Shown here in pieces: positions 52,401 through 64,000 of a DNA stretch of 64,000 nucleotides (position 1 is its first letter; the number at the start of each line of letters is the position of its first letter). A program made the position numbers and the translations under genes. Under the pieces are notes generated by a model. It was not told the origin of the DNA. It was given only the letters and a program-made list of their open reading frames with translations, and did no database searches. The stretch comes from Squalus acanthias (lineage: Eukaryota), in NCBI GenBank assembly GCA_030390025.1, contig CM059431.1, positions 146,322,001-146,386,000 of the forward strand, given 5' to 3'.

Positions 52401-53395
52401 CTGGAAATCGCTGCAGGAGTTCCTCAGGGCAGTGCCCTAGGCCCAAACATCTACAACTGCTTCATTTAATGACCTTCCCTCCATCATAAGGTCAAAGATG
52501 GGGGTGTTCGCTGATGATTGCACAGTGTTCAGTTCAATTCGCAAATACTCAGATAATGAAGCAGCCCATATCCGCATGCAACAAGATCTTGACAACATTC
52601 AGGCTTGAGTTGATATGTGGCAGGTAATAATCGGGCCACAGAAGTGCCAGTCAATGACTATCTCCAACAAGCGAGATTCTAACTACCGCCTTTGACATTT
52701 AACGGCATTACCATCGCTGAATCCCTCACCAGCAACATCCTGGGGGTCACCATTGACTGGAAACTTAACTGGACCAGCTACATAAACACTGTGGCTACAA
52801 GAGAAGGTCAGAGGCTGGAATTTCTGTGGCGTTTGTCTCACCTCCTGACTACCCAAAGATTTCCCAGCATCTACAAGGCACAAGTAAGAAGTGTGATGGA
52901 ATACACTCCACTTGCCTGGATGAGTGCAGTTCCAACAACACTCAAGAAGCTCGACCTCATCCAAACAAAGCAGCCCGCTTCATTGGCACACCATCCACCA
53001 CCTTAAACATTCACTCCCTCCACCATCGGCGCACCCCATATGCAGTGTGTACCACCTACAAGATGCACGGCAGCAAATCGCCAGTGCTTCTTCGGCAGCA
53101 CCTCCCAAACCCGCGACCTCTAACACCTGGAAGGATAACGGCAGCCGCTGCATAGGAACACTGTCACCTACTTCCCCCAATCAAACACCATCCTGACTTG
53201 AAAGCATATCGCCATTCCTTCATCGTCGCAGGGTCAAAATCATGGAAATCCGTCAGTAACAGCACTGTGAGAGTACATTCACCACAAGGACTGCAGCGGT
53301 TCAAGAAGGTGGCTCACCAACTACACATTAAGGTCAATTAGGGATGGGTAATAAATGCTGGCCTTGTCAGCGACGCCCACATCCCAGGAATTATA
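49480..53395 (+). mobile_element. Near full-length decayed single-ORF LINE (APE endonuclease + RT), interrupted by a MITE
   Basis: QQPDIVILTESYL, YRPPSAD, PTRGKNLLD, NYHPISLL, QFGFRQDHS, ALDIK.SYDRVW, FADD, YKAQVRSVMEY; tail agggatgggtaataaatgctggcc. Confidence 0.88.
51549..52289. mobile_element. Non-autonomous TIR element (MITE, probably PIF/Harbinger type) nested in the LINE RT
   Basis: Interrupts the LINE frame right after DRVWYQG; imperfect TIRs GGGCCAAAAATTCATCCCG / CGAGATCAATTTCTGGGCT; 3-bp flanks ATA/ATT; GC-rich ends with an AT-rich core. Confidence 0.75.
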
Positions 53396-53559
53396 AAAAT
53401 GTACAGTGCCTGACACTTGTGTGGTTCGAATATTATTTGCCAGTTATCAGCCCAAACCTCGATGTTATCCAGGTTTTGCTGCAGGACATGGACTGTTTTC
53501 ATTATCCATGCGCAGCTCCACCTCTGACCTTATGATGGAGCGAAGGTGAATCAGCTGGA

Positions 53560-55020
53560 GATAGATGCGGCTAGTACGCTGCCCTGGTTTGAGGAATATA
53601 TTTAGGTAATTGAAAGTCAGACAATAGATTGAAAAACAAGGCATCAAGTTGGTGATCTCTGGATTTTTTTGCACTGGTCTGCTTAAGGAGGCAGGTCAAT
53701 GTGTGACTTCAGTGCTAGAGCAGCAGGGTAGGGTTCACCTTGTTGGGACATTAGAGTGTGTTCGGGGAAAAGGGAAGGGACAGCCACGATCTGAACAGAC
53801 CATTAATAATGACTTTCAGTAAAGGTGGATGCAGCAGGCGGACGAGAATCAGTTGATATGACCGGTGTTTGGGGAAATCCGGATCTGAGAATAGGGAGTG
53901 TAATTAATACAACTTTTTTGGAGCAGGATCAGCAGATTTATGAAATAGTGTAAAGAAATACCAGGAAAAAAGGAGGGAGATTTTGAAGTAATGAGCGATA
54001 AAGTCATTTTATATATTTTTTCAAAAGCGAAACAAACGAGGATGAGCATTAAAAAGAACATCGACTGAATGTCAAGTGTGTGAATGTAAACATCGTTCCA
54101 AACACATATGAAAGTTAAAAGCAAGATGATGGGGTCCAGTGTATATGCAATGTTTGTACAGTACTAGGAGAGAAATGCTTCCGGTTAGAACATTTTCAGC
54201 AGAGAACGAACATTGCTGTGGGTGGCTGTATTAATAGCTGGTTTGTATCTGTCCCAAAATCAGACCAGAGCACTCAATACTGCAGGAAATCATGAGGAAT
54301 GTAGAACATGTAGTGGCAAGGTGAAAAGGGAGATAGGGCGGGGGTGGATAAAATGGTATATGGGACAACGCCTGCGGATAATATAAAAATCAGCGTTTAT
54401 TCGAAGTGAAATAATTATTCAAGGCTGCAGGACTCGGGATGAATGGGGAATCTAATGGTGGAGGATGAAGTTTTGAGGAGATACCATATATTTCCTTTAG
54501 TTTCTAAACATGATTTTGGTAGTGCGAATGTAGGTGTAATAGAGGAGGATGTGGGACCATAGTTAGAGATAACTGTAGAGAAGGATTTGGATTTGAGAAA
54601 AATAGCCAATGTGGATAAGTCACTGATCCCAGAGAAAATGCACTACAGGATGTTAAAGGAAGTCACAGAGGAGATAGAAGAGAGGCTGCACTATTGTTCA
54701 ATCCTCTTTAGATATAGACATTTGATCGCTGAGGGAGCCCAAGTAACGTCTGTTCAACAAATGGAGGAGAGAGGAAAAATCGGGTAACTAGAACAGTTAG
54801 TCTATGGCAGTCGAGAGCAGAATCCTCGAATTTGTAATTGAAGGCTGAATTAGTGAGCGTTGAGATACAGGGGATGATCAGGGGAGGCTGGAACCTATTA
54901 GCTGTAGACAAGTCGTGTTTGAGAAATTTAAAACTTGTTTTTAAAGAATTGACTATGTAGATCGACGGGATGTAGCAAATGCGTTGTATGTGATTTTTCA
55001 CAAGGTGTTTGATGTAGCCG
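53560..55020 (+). mobile_element. Highly decayed CR1 remnant
   Basis: Scattered homology to CR1 ORF1 end and ORF2 (e.g. gatttttcacaaggtgtttgat, resembling DFxKAFD). Confidence 0.55.
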
Positions 55021-55096
55021 TCTGGTATAAGAGGAAATGTTGCAGCTTGGAATTAAAGTGGATAATGTGTTTAGTTTTCTCCATTTGTGTTCACAG

Positions 55097-55263
55097 ATCC
55101 GAACTCTATAATCACTGAGTTCTTGACAGAGTGCAACGATTTCCATCTGTTCCAGTTGACGAAATTCTACCGGGACAGACTGGAACAGGCGGTTGAAGGA
55201 GGGGTGGATGGAGTCAGCTTGTCGTTAACATACGAGAGGCATTTCAGTGGACAAGAACATCGG
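55097..55263 (+). CDS. NLR-like gene exon, death-fold/CARD-like part 1: (D)PNSIITEFLTECNDFHLFQLTKFYRDRLEQAVEGGVDGVSLSLTYERHFSGQEHR
   Basis: Acceptor tgtgttcacAG, donor CGG|GTAAGT, phase 1 to 0; resembles (from recall) the N-terminus of shark NACHT-LRR 'NLRP3-like' proteins. Confidence 0.85.
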
Positions 55264-55869
55264 GTAAGTGGGAGGGACACAGAATGAGTTTGGATTATTA
55301 AACATCACAGAACTGACAGGATATCAGATCTTAGAATCATAGGATGTTACAGAAGAGAAACAGGCCAAATAGGAAAGAAAGGATTTTAACTGTTAATGGT
55401 GTAAATCTGAAACAACAACATCAATGTGAAGATACCCAGCAGATCCATCAGTGTCTGTACAAAGACAGGACCGGGTACCGGGTCCGATATAACCCTTCCT
55501 GGGCTGAGGTCAAAGGGAACCAATAATTTTAGTAGCACTGGAAAACAGAGGCGGGAAACAACTGACGGGATTTGGAAGGAAGTTCATGAGTTGACTGACC
55601 TACAAACTACTTAAAGTAAATCGAGGAACTGAGAGATGATAAAAAAATCATCTGCGTGGCAAAGGAAATATATTTTTTTAGAAAATGCTCAACCAGTGAA
55701 CCAGTATTGGACCCAAACAGCGCAAACGATCCAAAAAAAACCTGTGGGGAGTGTTGGTTCAACCGAATAGAATGATCCAAATTACATTTATTCAGATACC
55801 AGAGCAAAATCAACTTGTTGGTTATATGAAGATCCTCAGGATCTTCAAGCAAATTATACAGCTATAATT

Positions 55870-57960
55870 AGTAGAATCACAGAAACTTAGAGCACAGAAG
55901 GAGGCCATTAGACGTGTCTTGTCTCTGCAGACTCTTTGAAATAACACTCCTGCTCAGTCCCGAATTCCAACTTTTTGTCCAAAGCCCTGTAAGTTCCTCA
56001 TTCTCAAGTTCCTGTCCAACAAACTTTAAAATTATTTGTGTAATCTGCTTCCACCATCTTTTCTGGTAGAGCGTTCATAATCCTGACAACTCTGAGTGAA
56101 AACAGTTCTCCTCATCCTCCCTCTAGATCTTTTTCAGTGATTTTATATCTATGACCTTTAGTTATTGACCCACTCGCCAGAGGGAATAGATCCTCATCTA
56201 TCTAATCTATCAAAACCTCTCATCATCTTTAAAACCCCTATTAAGTCACCGTCTTTGTTCCAATGAGAACGTTCCTAACTTTTCCAACCTAGTAGTAGGA
56301 TACCTTGGAGTCTGAATACTAACCAATCCAGACAAGTTCTCAGCACGGGATACCAAAGAATTAATGAAAGTGCCCCAATTTATACACCTAGATCAGGGGT
56401 GTCAAATAGACAGTTACAACCCGTCCATGTAACTGAAGTCCCTCATCCCTGGTGCTGGGTTGTAATTTATTAACATATGTCTTTCCAAGTGACAATTTTG
56501 TCCTGTACTATTGTCTAACAGTTGCCCCACCACCGACATTAGGCCGACTGGCCTGTAGTTGCTTTTCCTCTCCTCTTTTTTGAACAGCGGTGTAACATTG
56601 GCAACTCTCCAGTCCTCTAGCACCACTCACATGTCCAAGGAGGATTGGAAGATTGTGACTAGAACAACGACAATTTCCCCCCTTACTTCCCTCAGCAACT
56701 GAGGATGGATTTCATCCGGACAGGGTGGCTTTTATACTTTGAGTGCTGCCAATATTTTAAGTGCCTTCCCTTTACCTATTTGCATCGTGTCCAATTTCTC
56801 TATTATCTCTTCGTTTACTGTGAAATTGGCAGCACCCTCTTTCTTTGTGAACAACACATGCAAAGTATTAATTTATTTCCTCAGCCATGACCTTGGACTC
56901 CACAAAAAGATCTCCTTTTTGGTCGTTAATTGGCCCCACCCTTCGTTTGATTAACCTTTCACTATTTAAATATTTATAAATGACTATAATATTCCCCTTT
57001 ATGTTAACCGATGATATTTTCTCTTATAATCTCTTAGGCCCTCGTATTTCCGGTTTCAGTTCTCCTCTGCACTTTCTGTATTCAACTTGAGTCTCTCTAT
57101 TGTATTATGAATATGACATTTATTATAAGCCAACTTTCTCTGTTTAAGTTTAACCTCTATATCTTTAGTCATCCAGGGAGATCTAGCTTTGGATGCCCTT
57201 CCTCCCCCCTCATAGGAACGTGTCTGGTCTGTACCTGTGATATCTCCTCTTTGAAGGCCTCCAATTACTCATTTACGCTTTGATCTGCCAATCTTTGTTT
57301 CAAATTCCACTGATCCGTTTACAGCTCACTGAAGTAAGCCCTATTTCAGTTGAGCATATTCACCTTAGATTGTTCATTCTCCCTTTCCATTACTACTCGA
57401 AACCTAATGATATTTTGATCGCTGTTCCCCAAATGCTGTCCGACTGAAACGTGCTCCACTTTCCCCACTTCACTGGCCATAACTAGATCTAGCACTGCTT
57501 CCTTCCTTGTTGGGCTGGAAATATATTAATCAAGAATGTTCTCGTCTAAACATTTCAGGAATTCCATCCCTCCTTGGCAATTACTTGTGTTTTCCCCAGT
57601 CTACTGTCACCCTCCCCACCCCACTATTTTTCTTCCTCATGCCCCCTGAACTCATTGTATCCAGGAATGTTATGTTCTGGTTCCTCCCCTTGTTTGAGCC
57701 AGGTCTCCTTATTGCTATTATATAATAACCCATATGCCTACAGCTTAACAATATAATTAATCACGCCTCGTGCATTGATGCACATGCACTCTAGATACGC
57801 CTTAGTCTGTTTTGCATATCTCCCCTGTCTGATTCCTCCTCTCTCTGTGCTCTTCCATATTCTGTCGCTATTTGTCTCTCGGAATGCTCGATACACCTTG
57901 TTTCTCCTTTCTAATTCCTCATCCTCGTTCCCGTCCCCCTATCAAATTAGCTTAAACACT
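55870..57960 (-). mobile_element. Internally deleted, decayed CR1 LINE
   Basis: 3' tail near 55875; EDWRVANVTPLFKK...NYRPVGL; region homologous to 518-2020. Confidence 0.75.
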
Positions 57961-59031
57961 CCCATTCATGGGCAATAGTTGCACAGAGCATTGCTGAGGC
58001 CATTGCTGAGCAGGATTGAGTCCCCTAACATCAGAATGAACGAATAATGGGGGGTGGGGTCAGAGCAGGGCAAAACGGTCATACTAGGCCCGAGGTCCTT
58101 CCTTTACAAAACACAGTCACAGAGCTGAATTTTTCACCTTACAGGAAAAAAAGATATGAAGGGTACATGATCCGGGTCTTATGAATGCTTGAAACGGTAA
58201 AACAATCGAACTGTAGATAATACTGTGGACCATGGACCGTAAATACTAAACCAGTGACATGGAACAAGCCTCAGACGAGACCAATGGTCACCCCAATTTA
58301 CATTGAATTGAATGTGTAGTATCGAAAGCATTAATATGTCCAAAAAATCTCGCAAAAAATTGGTGTCAATTGAATAAAACTGTGGATTATCGAAATAAGT
58401 ATAGAGTGAAAAAATACCAGAGGGAACTCAATGTTGCTGCAGCAGGAGCAATAAGTAGAAATAATCCAACCACAGTTAATTACTGGAGATGTCAATGAGC
58501 AGATATTCAGGATTCCCCTTGACAGCATTTAATGGAATCAGACAGCTGTGTTCAGATTAATGTGAGGTGATTGAGGTGTGGAGATTAAATATCTGAAGTA
58601 CAGTCCCTGGAGTGGTGGGGTCTACATGTTCTTAACAGGAGCAGGACATCTAGGTAAAATGGTCTCACGTATTCCTATGGAAAAGGGATTTCTCCCACCG
58701 CTTCAGTAAATCCCTGCAAGAATCATTGAAATTTCATGAACCTCAGAGTATCTGCACTTCCTGAGAAGGAGTCAAATTCGTGTGTGTGAATATTTAGAAC
58801 CTGCTGCGCAATATTCCGCTGAACATCGTCATTCATCCATGTCAAACAGACTGGCGAAATTAGTGTCAAAAGATTAACCAATCGGTAACTAATATTCACT
58901 TCAATGAATTAATTGCCGTGGTCCTGTTGTTGAATGGAATTAAAAGTATCGAATTGAATAAACAGGGTGAGTATGGGGTGAAATTGATCTTTCACTCCGC
59001 TCATCAATATATTCATTATTATTCTTTACAG

Positions 59032-59203
59032 AAAGTCACTGAGCTCACGGAGCAGGGAAACCGGGCGGACAGTTCCAAACTTCTCCTAAATCTGGTGATG
59101 GAGAAAGGCTCCCGGGCCCGAAGGACGATGTGGAAATCCTTTGTGAATATGCGCCATGGGGTACCAAAGTTGGACAAAATACTGAAAGAAGTACAGGAAC
59201 ATG
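59032..59203 (+). CDS. NLR-like gene exon, death-fold/CARD-like part 2: KVTELTEQGNRADSSKLLLNLVMEKGSRARRTMWKSFVNMRHGVPKLDKILKEVQEH
   Basis: Acceptor attctttacAG, donor CATG|GTACGG, phase 0 to 1; the CARD-like 'LL.LV..KG..A' helix pattern is present. Confidence 0.85.
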
Positions 59204-59307
59204 GTACGGTAAAATCATACACGGAATTCAATTTCACATTTAAAATTACATACTTTACTAAAGTAGTTCACTGATTTGCTTTCATGAAAACTAATTTATT
59301 TAAACAG

Positions 59308-59373
59308 GTTTCTTTCGATTTAATGACATGAAAGCCACAGAATGTTTATCCGAAGTTCCCATTCAGCTGAAAG
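59308..59373 (+). CDS. NLR-like gene linker exon: (G)FFRFNDMKATECLSEVPIQLK
   Basis: Branch-like ctaat, acceptor tttaaacAG, donor AAAG|GTAGGT, phase 1 to 1, open frame. Confidence 0.75.
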
Positions 59374-60283
59374 GTAGGTGATGGGATGATGATTTCAAAC
59401 AGGTTCTGATTATCAGAGGCTTTAACTTTGAACATTGGTTTCGAGATGTCTAGAATCTGGGAGTGAGAAGTTCAAGAGCTGGGCAAAAAGAATTCAACTT
59501 CATTTTCACTTCTCACTGATACTGAAATGTGTCGTTGAAATGTGTGGGATGAAGTTACAATTCACACCAGGCTTGGGATTATCTGTAAATTTGCAGATGT
59601 TGTCATTACTCCAGTGGTTTATCCAGCTGTTCATGCGACTGACCTTTACTGCCAGTGCACGTCACTGACCGGGATAAAACATCAAACTCTCAGTGGTCAG
59701 TCGGTCTAAAACAGCGATTACTCAGCAGAAAAAATGAATTGATTGGGGCTTCCCTGGATGACTCAATGGATGATGTACCAGTGAGTGTAGCGCTTAGCCA
59801 TTGGCTTAGACATTCGATCGCGCACTGCCCGTTTCTGAGCTGCTTATCGGCCTCCTGCGGCCAATATGGTGGACAGGAAGTGTACGCACATTTCCAGCCT
59901 GAAGTGCGGATCCGGCTTCGCTGTGATGTCGGGAGCGCACGTCAGGTAATTTAAGAATGTATATGTTATTGAAATGAGGGTCCTGCGCTTCCAGTGGATC
60001 TTTTCCAGCTTTTGGAACGCCGCATCATCTCACACCACGTGCTGAACCCGCCGAGCAACACCTGGCACAAACCAGACGAAAGGAGTCCACACCAGCACTA
60101 TTGAAAGGAATCATGGGGAACTTACAGTTTAGTAACTGACTTGTCGTTTCAGGCAGCTGGTTAACTTCTGGGCGTTCCTTGCTGTGTTTTATCACACTGA
60201 ATAGTTTGCTTTGTTTAAAGAGGGCAAGATGCTCCTGATCTTGCACTGTTGTTGGCTGCCTCATAGATAGTTTGGCTGTAATC

Positions 60284-61775
60284 ATGAGTGCTGTCACAGG
60301 ACTGCATTTGGGACTGGAGGAGGAGAGGGAGCAGTGAGGAATACAGTAGGAGCAGTGAGGAATACAGCAGGAGCAGCGAGGACTACAGCAGGAACAGTGA
60401 GGAATACAGCAGGAGCAACGAGGAATACAGCAGGGGCAGTGAGGAATACAGCAGGAGCCGTGATGAATACAGCAGGAGCAGCGAGGAATACAGCAAGAGC
60501 AGTGAGGAATACAGCAAGAGCAGTGAGGAATACAACAGGAACAGTGAGGAATACAGCAGGAGCAGTGAGGAATACAGCAGGAGCAGTGAGGAATACAGCA
60601 GGAGCAGAAAGGAATACAGCAGGAGCAGCGAGAATACAGCAGAGAACATGAACAGTTGATACAGGAGGGATCTGGAGAGGCATTCCGCAGAAGGCCGCGC
60701 CCACAGCGGGTATTCAAGGGGTATTTCTCCTACATTAAAGGGAACCTGGATATATACATGAGGGAAAAGGAATAGACGGATATGCTGATAAGGTGTGATG
60801 GTACGCTGGGAGGAGGGTCGTGCGGAGCAGATACACTGGCACCGAACGTTTCGGCTGAATTGTTTGTTTCAGTTCTATAACTTCAATGGTAATTCTATGT
60901 AACGTCAGTCAGGCGCCTTCACTTCACCAAGGGGGCAGTCATCGAGCTATGTCACCTGCTGCAGACACAAGTCCAGCAAGGACTGCACTGCCTGTGGCCA
61001 TCAAAGACACCGGGGCCCTTTACTCCAAAACCATGGGCACCTTTCAGGCTGTAGTAGATAACCCCAGTGATCTATCAGAGTAAGCAGTCCACTGCTGTAT
61101 CAGGGAGGTCACTGAGGCTGTCTGTACCAGGATCAACACCTATATGTTTTTCCACAAGGAGAGAGCGAAGCAGGATGAGAGAGCACTAGGCTGCGTCCAC
61201 ATGACAGGCTTTCCCAGGGTTCAAGGTACCATAGACAGCCGCTACCTTGCCTTGAGTGCTCCCCATCCCCAACCTGGCATGTTGATCAATCGTAAGGGAG
61301 TCCACTCCCTCAACGCATAGTTGGTTAGCGACCACAGGCAGCACGTGATACGGACCTGTTCCCATTATCCTGGGAGCAGTCATGACTCTTTCATCCTGCG
61401 CCAGTCCTCTGTGAAACCTTTATTCAAACCAGGCCCTCAAGTTTCAGGCTGGTGCTTGTCGACAAGGACTAGTCCCTCCAGACAGGGCTCACTACTGTCA
61501 GGGACTCGCACAGGTGTAGATCTGGCCTACCATGAGAGCCCTGCCGTTGTGAGTAACCACACAAACCATACAATCGAGCACTGCTACATCCCTAAGCTAG
61601 TGTTCAGATTTGTGGTCGTCTGCTGCATTTTGAAAACCATTGCCATCGTGAAGAGCAACGAGAAGTACTCAAGAAACAACTGGAGCAGGAAGATCGGAAG
61701 GAGGAGAGGCATCGATCACAGTGGCCCGAGATGAGTCAGCTCTCAGATCAATTCATCGATATGTGTTTCCTCTAA
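60284..61775 (+). pseudogene. Decayed PIF/Harbinger (HARBI1-like) DDE transposase
   Basis: RRRPRPQRVFK, TALPVAIK, VHCCIREVTEA, GFPRVQGTID, NRKGVHSLN, YPGSSHDSFILRQS; contains stops, a 21-bp repeat expansion and a CR1-tail insertion (~60745-60900). Confidence 0.85.
60325..60645. repeat. 21-bp minisatellite (gaggaatacagcaggagcagt)n, about 15 units
   Basis: Tandem periodicity is directly visible. Confidence 0.93.
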
Positions 61776-61799
61776 ATCATCACTCCCATTCCCAATACA

Positions 61800-61995
61800 C
61801 CACTGAAAGGGTAGTGGAGGCAGAAACCCTCATTGCATTTAAGAAGTACTTGGATGTGCACTTGATGTGCCATGAACTGTAAGGCTACAGACCAAGAGCT
61901 GGAAAGTGGGATTAGGCTGGATAGCTCTTTATTGACTGGCACAGGCACGATGAGCAGAATGGCCTACTTCTGTGCCGTAAACTTCTATGATTCTC
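61800..61995 (+). mobile_element. CR1 3'-tail fragment
   Basis: gggtagtggaggcagaaaccctc...aatggcctacttctgtgccgtaaacttctatgattct. Confidence 0.7.
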
Positions 61996-62136
61996 TGATT
62001 CCTTGACTTGCTCGGCCACCTCTTCCCACTGTCGATGGAGTTCATGACTGGAGGGTTTTTTGCACATTAGGGGACAGAGCATGTCCCTCCTCTTGTCCAC
62101 TGCCACTACCAGGGCCTCTAGGGCATTAAGAGGCAC
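61995..62136 (-). mobile_element. Harbinger Myb/SANT gene fragment, convergent with the transposase
   Basis: NALEALVVAVDKRRDMLCP...LHRQWEEVAEQV. Confidence 0.7.
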
Positions 62137-62139
62137 GAT

Positions 62140-62790
62140 CTAAGAACATAATAATTAGGAGCAGGAGTAGGCCATTTGGATCTTCGAGCCTGTTCCGCCA
62201 CTCAATAAGATCATGACTGATCTTCTATCTCATCTCCACTTTCCTGAACTATCCCCATATCCCTTGATTCCCTTAATATCCAAAAATCTTTCGATCTCTG
62301 TCTGGAATATACTCAACGACTGAGCATCCACAGCCTTCCAGGTTAGAGAATTCCAAAGATTCACCAACCTCTGAGTGAAGATATTTCTCCTCATCTCAGT
62401 CCTAAAGGGCCGACTCTGACCCCCTGCTTCTAGACTCCCCAGCCAGGGGAAACATCCTCCCTGCATCTACCCTGTCAAGCCCTGTAAGAATTGTGTATGT
62501 TTCAATGAGATCATCTCTCATTCTTCTAAACTCTAGAGAATATAAGCCTAGTCTACTTAATCTCTCCACATAGGAAAGTCCCCCAATCCCAGGAGCAGTC
62601 TGGTGAACCATCGTTGTACTCCCTCTATGGCAAGTATATCCTTCGTTAGGTGAGGAGACCAAAATTGTACAGAATACTCCAGGTGTGGTCTCACCAGGGC
62701 CCTACATAATTGCAGGAGGGCATATTTACAATTATACTCAAATCCTCTTGTAATAAAGGCCAACATATCATTTGCTTTCCGAATTGTTTG
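62140..62790 (-). mobile_element. CR1 3' fragment
   Basis: LVRPHLEYSVQFWSP, RRNIFTQRLVNLWNSL; taagaacata tail. Confidence 0.88.
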
Positions 62791-63349
62791 CTGTTCTCTG
62801 TAGCTCCAGCAGCCATGTGACCAATTCACCATTGTCTCCCTATTGTCTGTACCCGGAGAGAAACTTTACAAAGTGTTGGTTACGTTATAAGTCGCGTCAG
62901 GGAGGTCCGATATCTAGCATCCACCCCCGGCCAAAAGAAAGCACAGGCGCTTAGCCAGTGAATAACACGGGTAGCGCTAACTGTACCACTGGCTCATTAC
63001 AATCAGAACAAATCATACCTGCTGCCTTAGTCAACGCGAAGAGTCATCTGCAGTGCACGCTCAGTTCACTGCACGGCCGTTTTCAGGCCCGATCAAATTC
63101 TAGGCCATGCAGTCTGTATGTGCAACACCACTCAAACACTGCTAGTATTTTCTGAAACAAAAGTACAGCAGGAACATTCTGAGAAACAGAATATATCCAC
63201 TTGACCCAAACAAGTCTGTCTCTGTAACAGTGAAGATCTCACCTGCCCATCTGTTCAGTGTCTCCACAAATACATCAAATTGTCTCTCGGTCCCATTTAC
63301 AGTGCCCCAAATGCCCTTCCCTGGTATCTTGATCCCCTATTCTTTTACG

Positions 63350-64000
63350 CTTCAAGTAGCCTGGACGACCACGTGTGCAGGAAGTGTCACCAGCTACGGC
63401 AGCTCGAGATCCGTGTTTCAGAGCTTGATCGGCAGCTGGAGTCACTGCGGTGCATCCGCGAGGCACAGAGTTACGTGGATAGCACATTTCTGGAGATTGT
63501 CACCCCGCAGCTTAAGAGTGTGCAGGCAGAGAGGGAATGGGACCACCAGACAGAAGAGGAGAACCAAGCAGGTAGTGCAGGAGTCCCCAGAGTGCATCTC
63601 GCTCTCCAAACAGTATTCTGTTCTGAGTACTGGTGAGGGCTATGGTCCGTCTGGGGAATTCAGCCAGAGTCAAGTGTAAGTCATCACTGGTGCTTCAGCT
63701 GCACGGAGAGAGTGGAGGGGGGAGGAAAAAGAATGGAAGACCAATAGTGGTAGGGGATTTGATAGTTAGGGGAGCAGACAGGCGTTTCTGCGACCGTAGA
63801 CATGACTTGAGGATGGTATGTTGCCTCCCTGGTGCCAACATCAAGGATGTCACTGAGCGGCTGCAGTACACTCTGAGGGAGGAGGGTGAACAGCCAGAGA
63901 TCGTTGTCCATACTGGTACCAACAACAGAGTCAGGGAGAGGGATGAGGTCCTTGGGAAGAGTTTAGGGAGCTAGGAGAGATATTAAAAAGCAGGACCTCA
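63350..64000 (+). mobile_element. CR1 ORF1 region (frameshifted), running off the window
   Basis: LDDHVCRKC, VVGDLIVRG, CLPGANIKDV, VVHTGTN; homologous to 2217-2969. Confidence 0.85.

Noticed and set aside
58145..58196. Extra exon (ttttcaccttacAG...ACG|GTAAAA)
   Set aside because: It has an in-frame stop at codon 5 and a weak donor, and the flanking exons join correctly without it.
60025..60717. Cys-rich (CSCCIPH)n and (SSEEYSR)n ORFs
   Set aside because: These are by-products of the 21-bp repeat within a dead transposon.

Overview
Repeat-rich vertebrate genomic DNA, not prokaryotic. The CR1, L2, Penelope and Harbinger families and the NLR exon sequences point to a cartilaginous fish (shark-like); this assignment is my inference. 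Positions ~4.4-33.8 kb hold a ~29 kb G-rich satellite of a 40-bp monomer with nested higher-order duplications and three CR1 LINE insertions, two of which carry a 129-bp hammerhead-ribozyme-like insert. Immediately downstream begins the 5' half of a spliced + strand gene. Five GT-AG exons (39756-39938, 47869-47961, 55097-55263, 59032-59203, 59308-59373) join in frame into ~221 codons that resemble the N-terminal death-fold (CARD-like) region of shark NACHT-LRR ('NLRP3-like') receptors. The NACHT exon is not in this window and is presumed to lie downstream. The predicted protein starts with an N-myristoylation plus polybasic motif (MGHSSSKRSVARKQR). Its introns contain an AP-1-site minisatellite, two oppositely oriented G-rich minisatellites flanking the start exon, and many decayed LINE, Penelope, Harbinger and MITE copies. 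Nearly all ORFs in the supplied track are repeat- or TE-derived. TE boundaries are approximate and read by eye.
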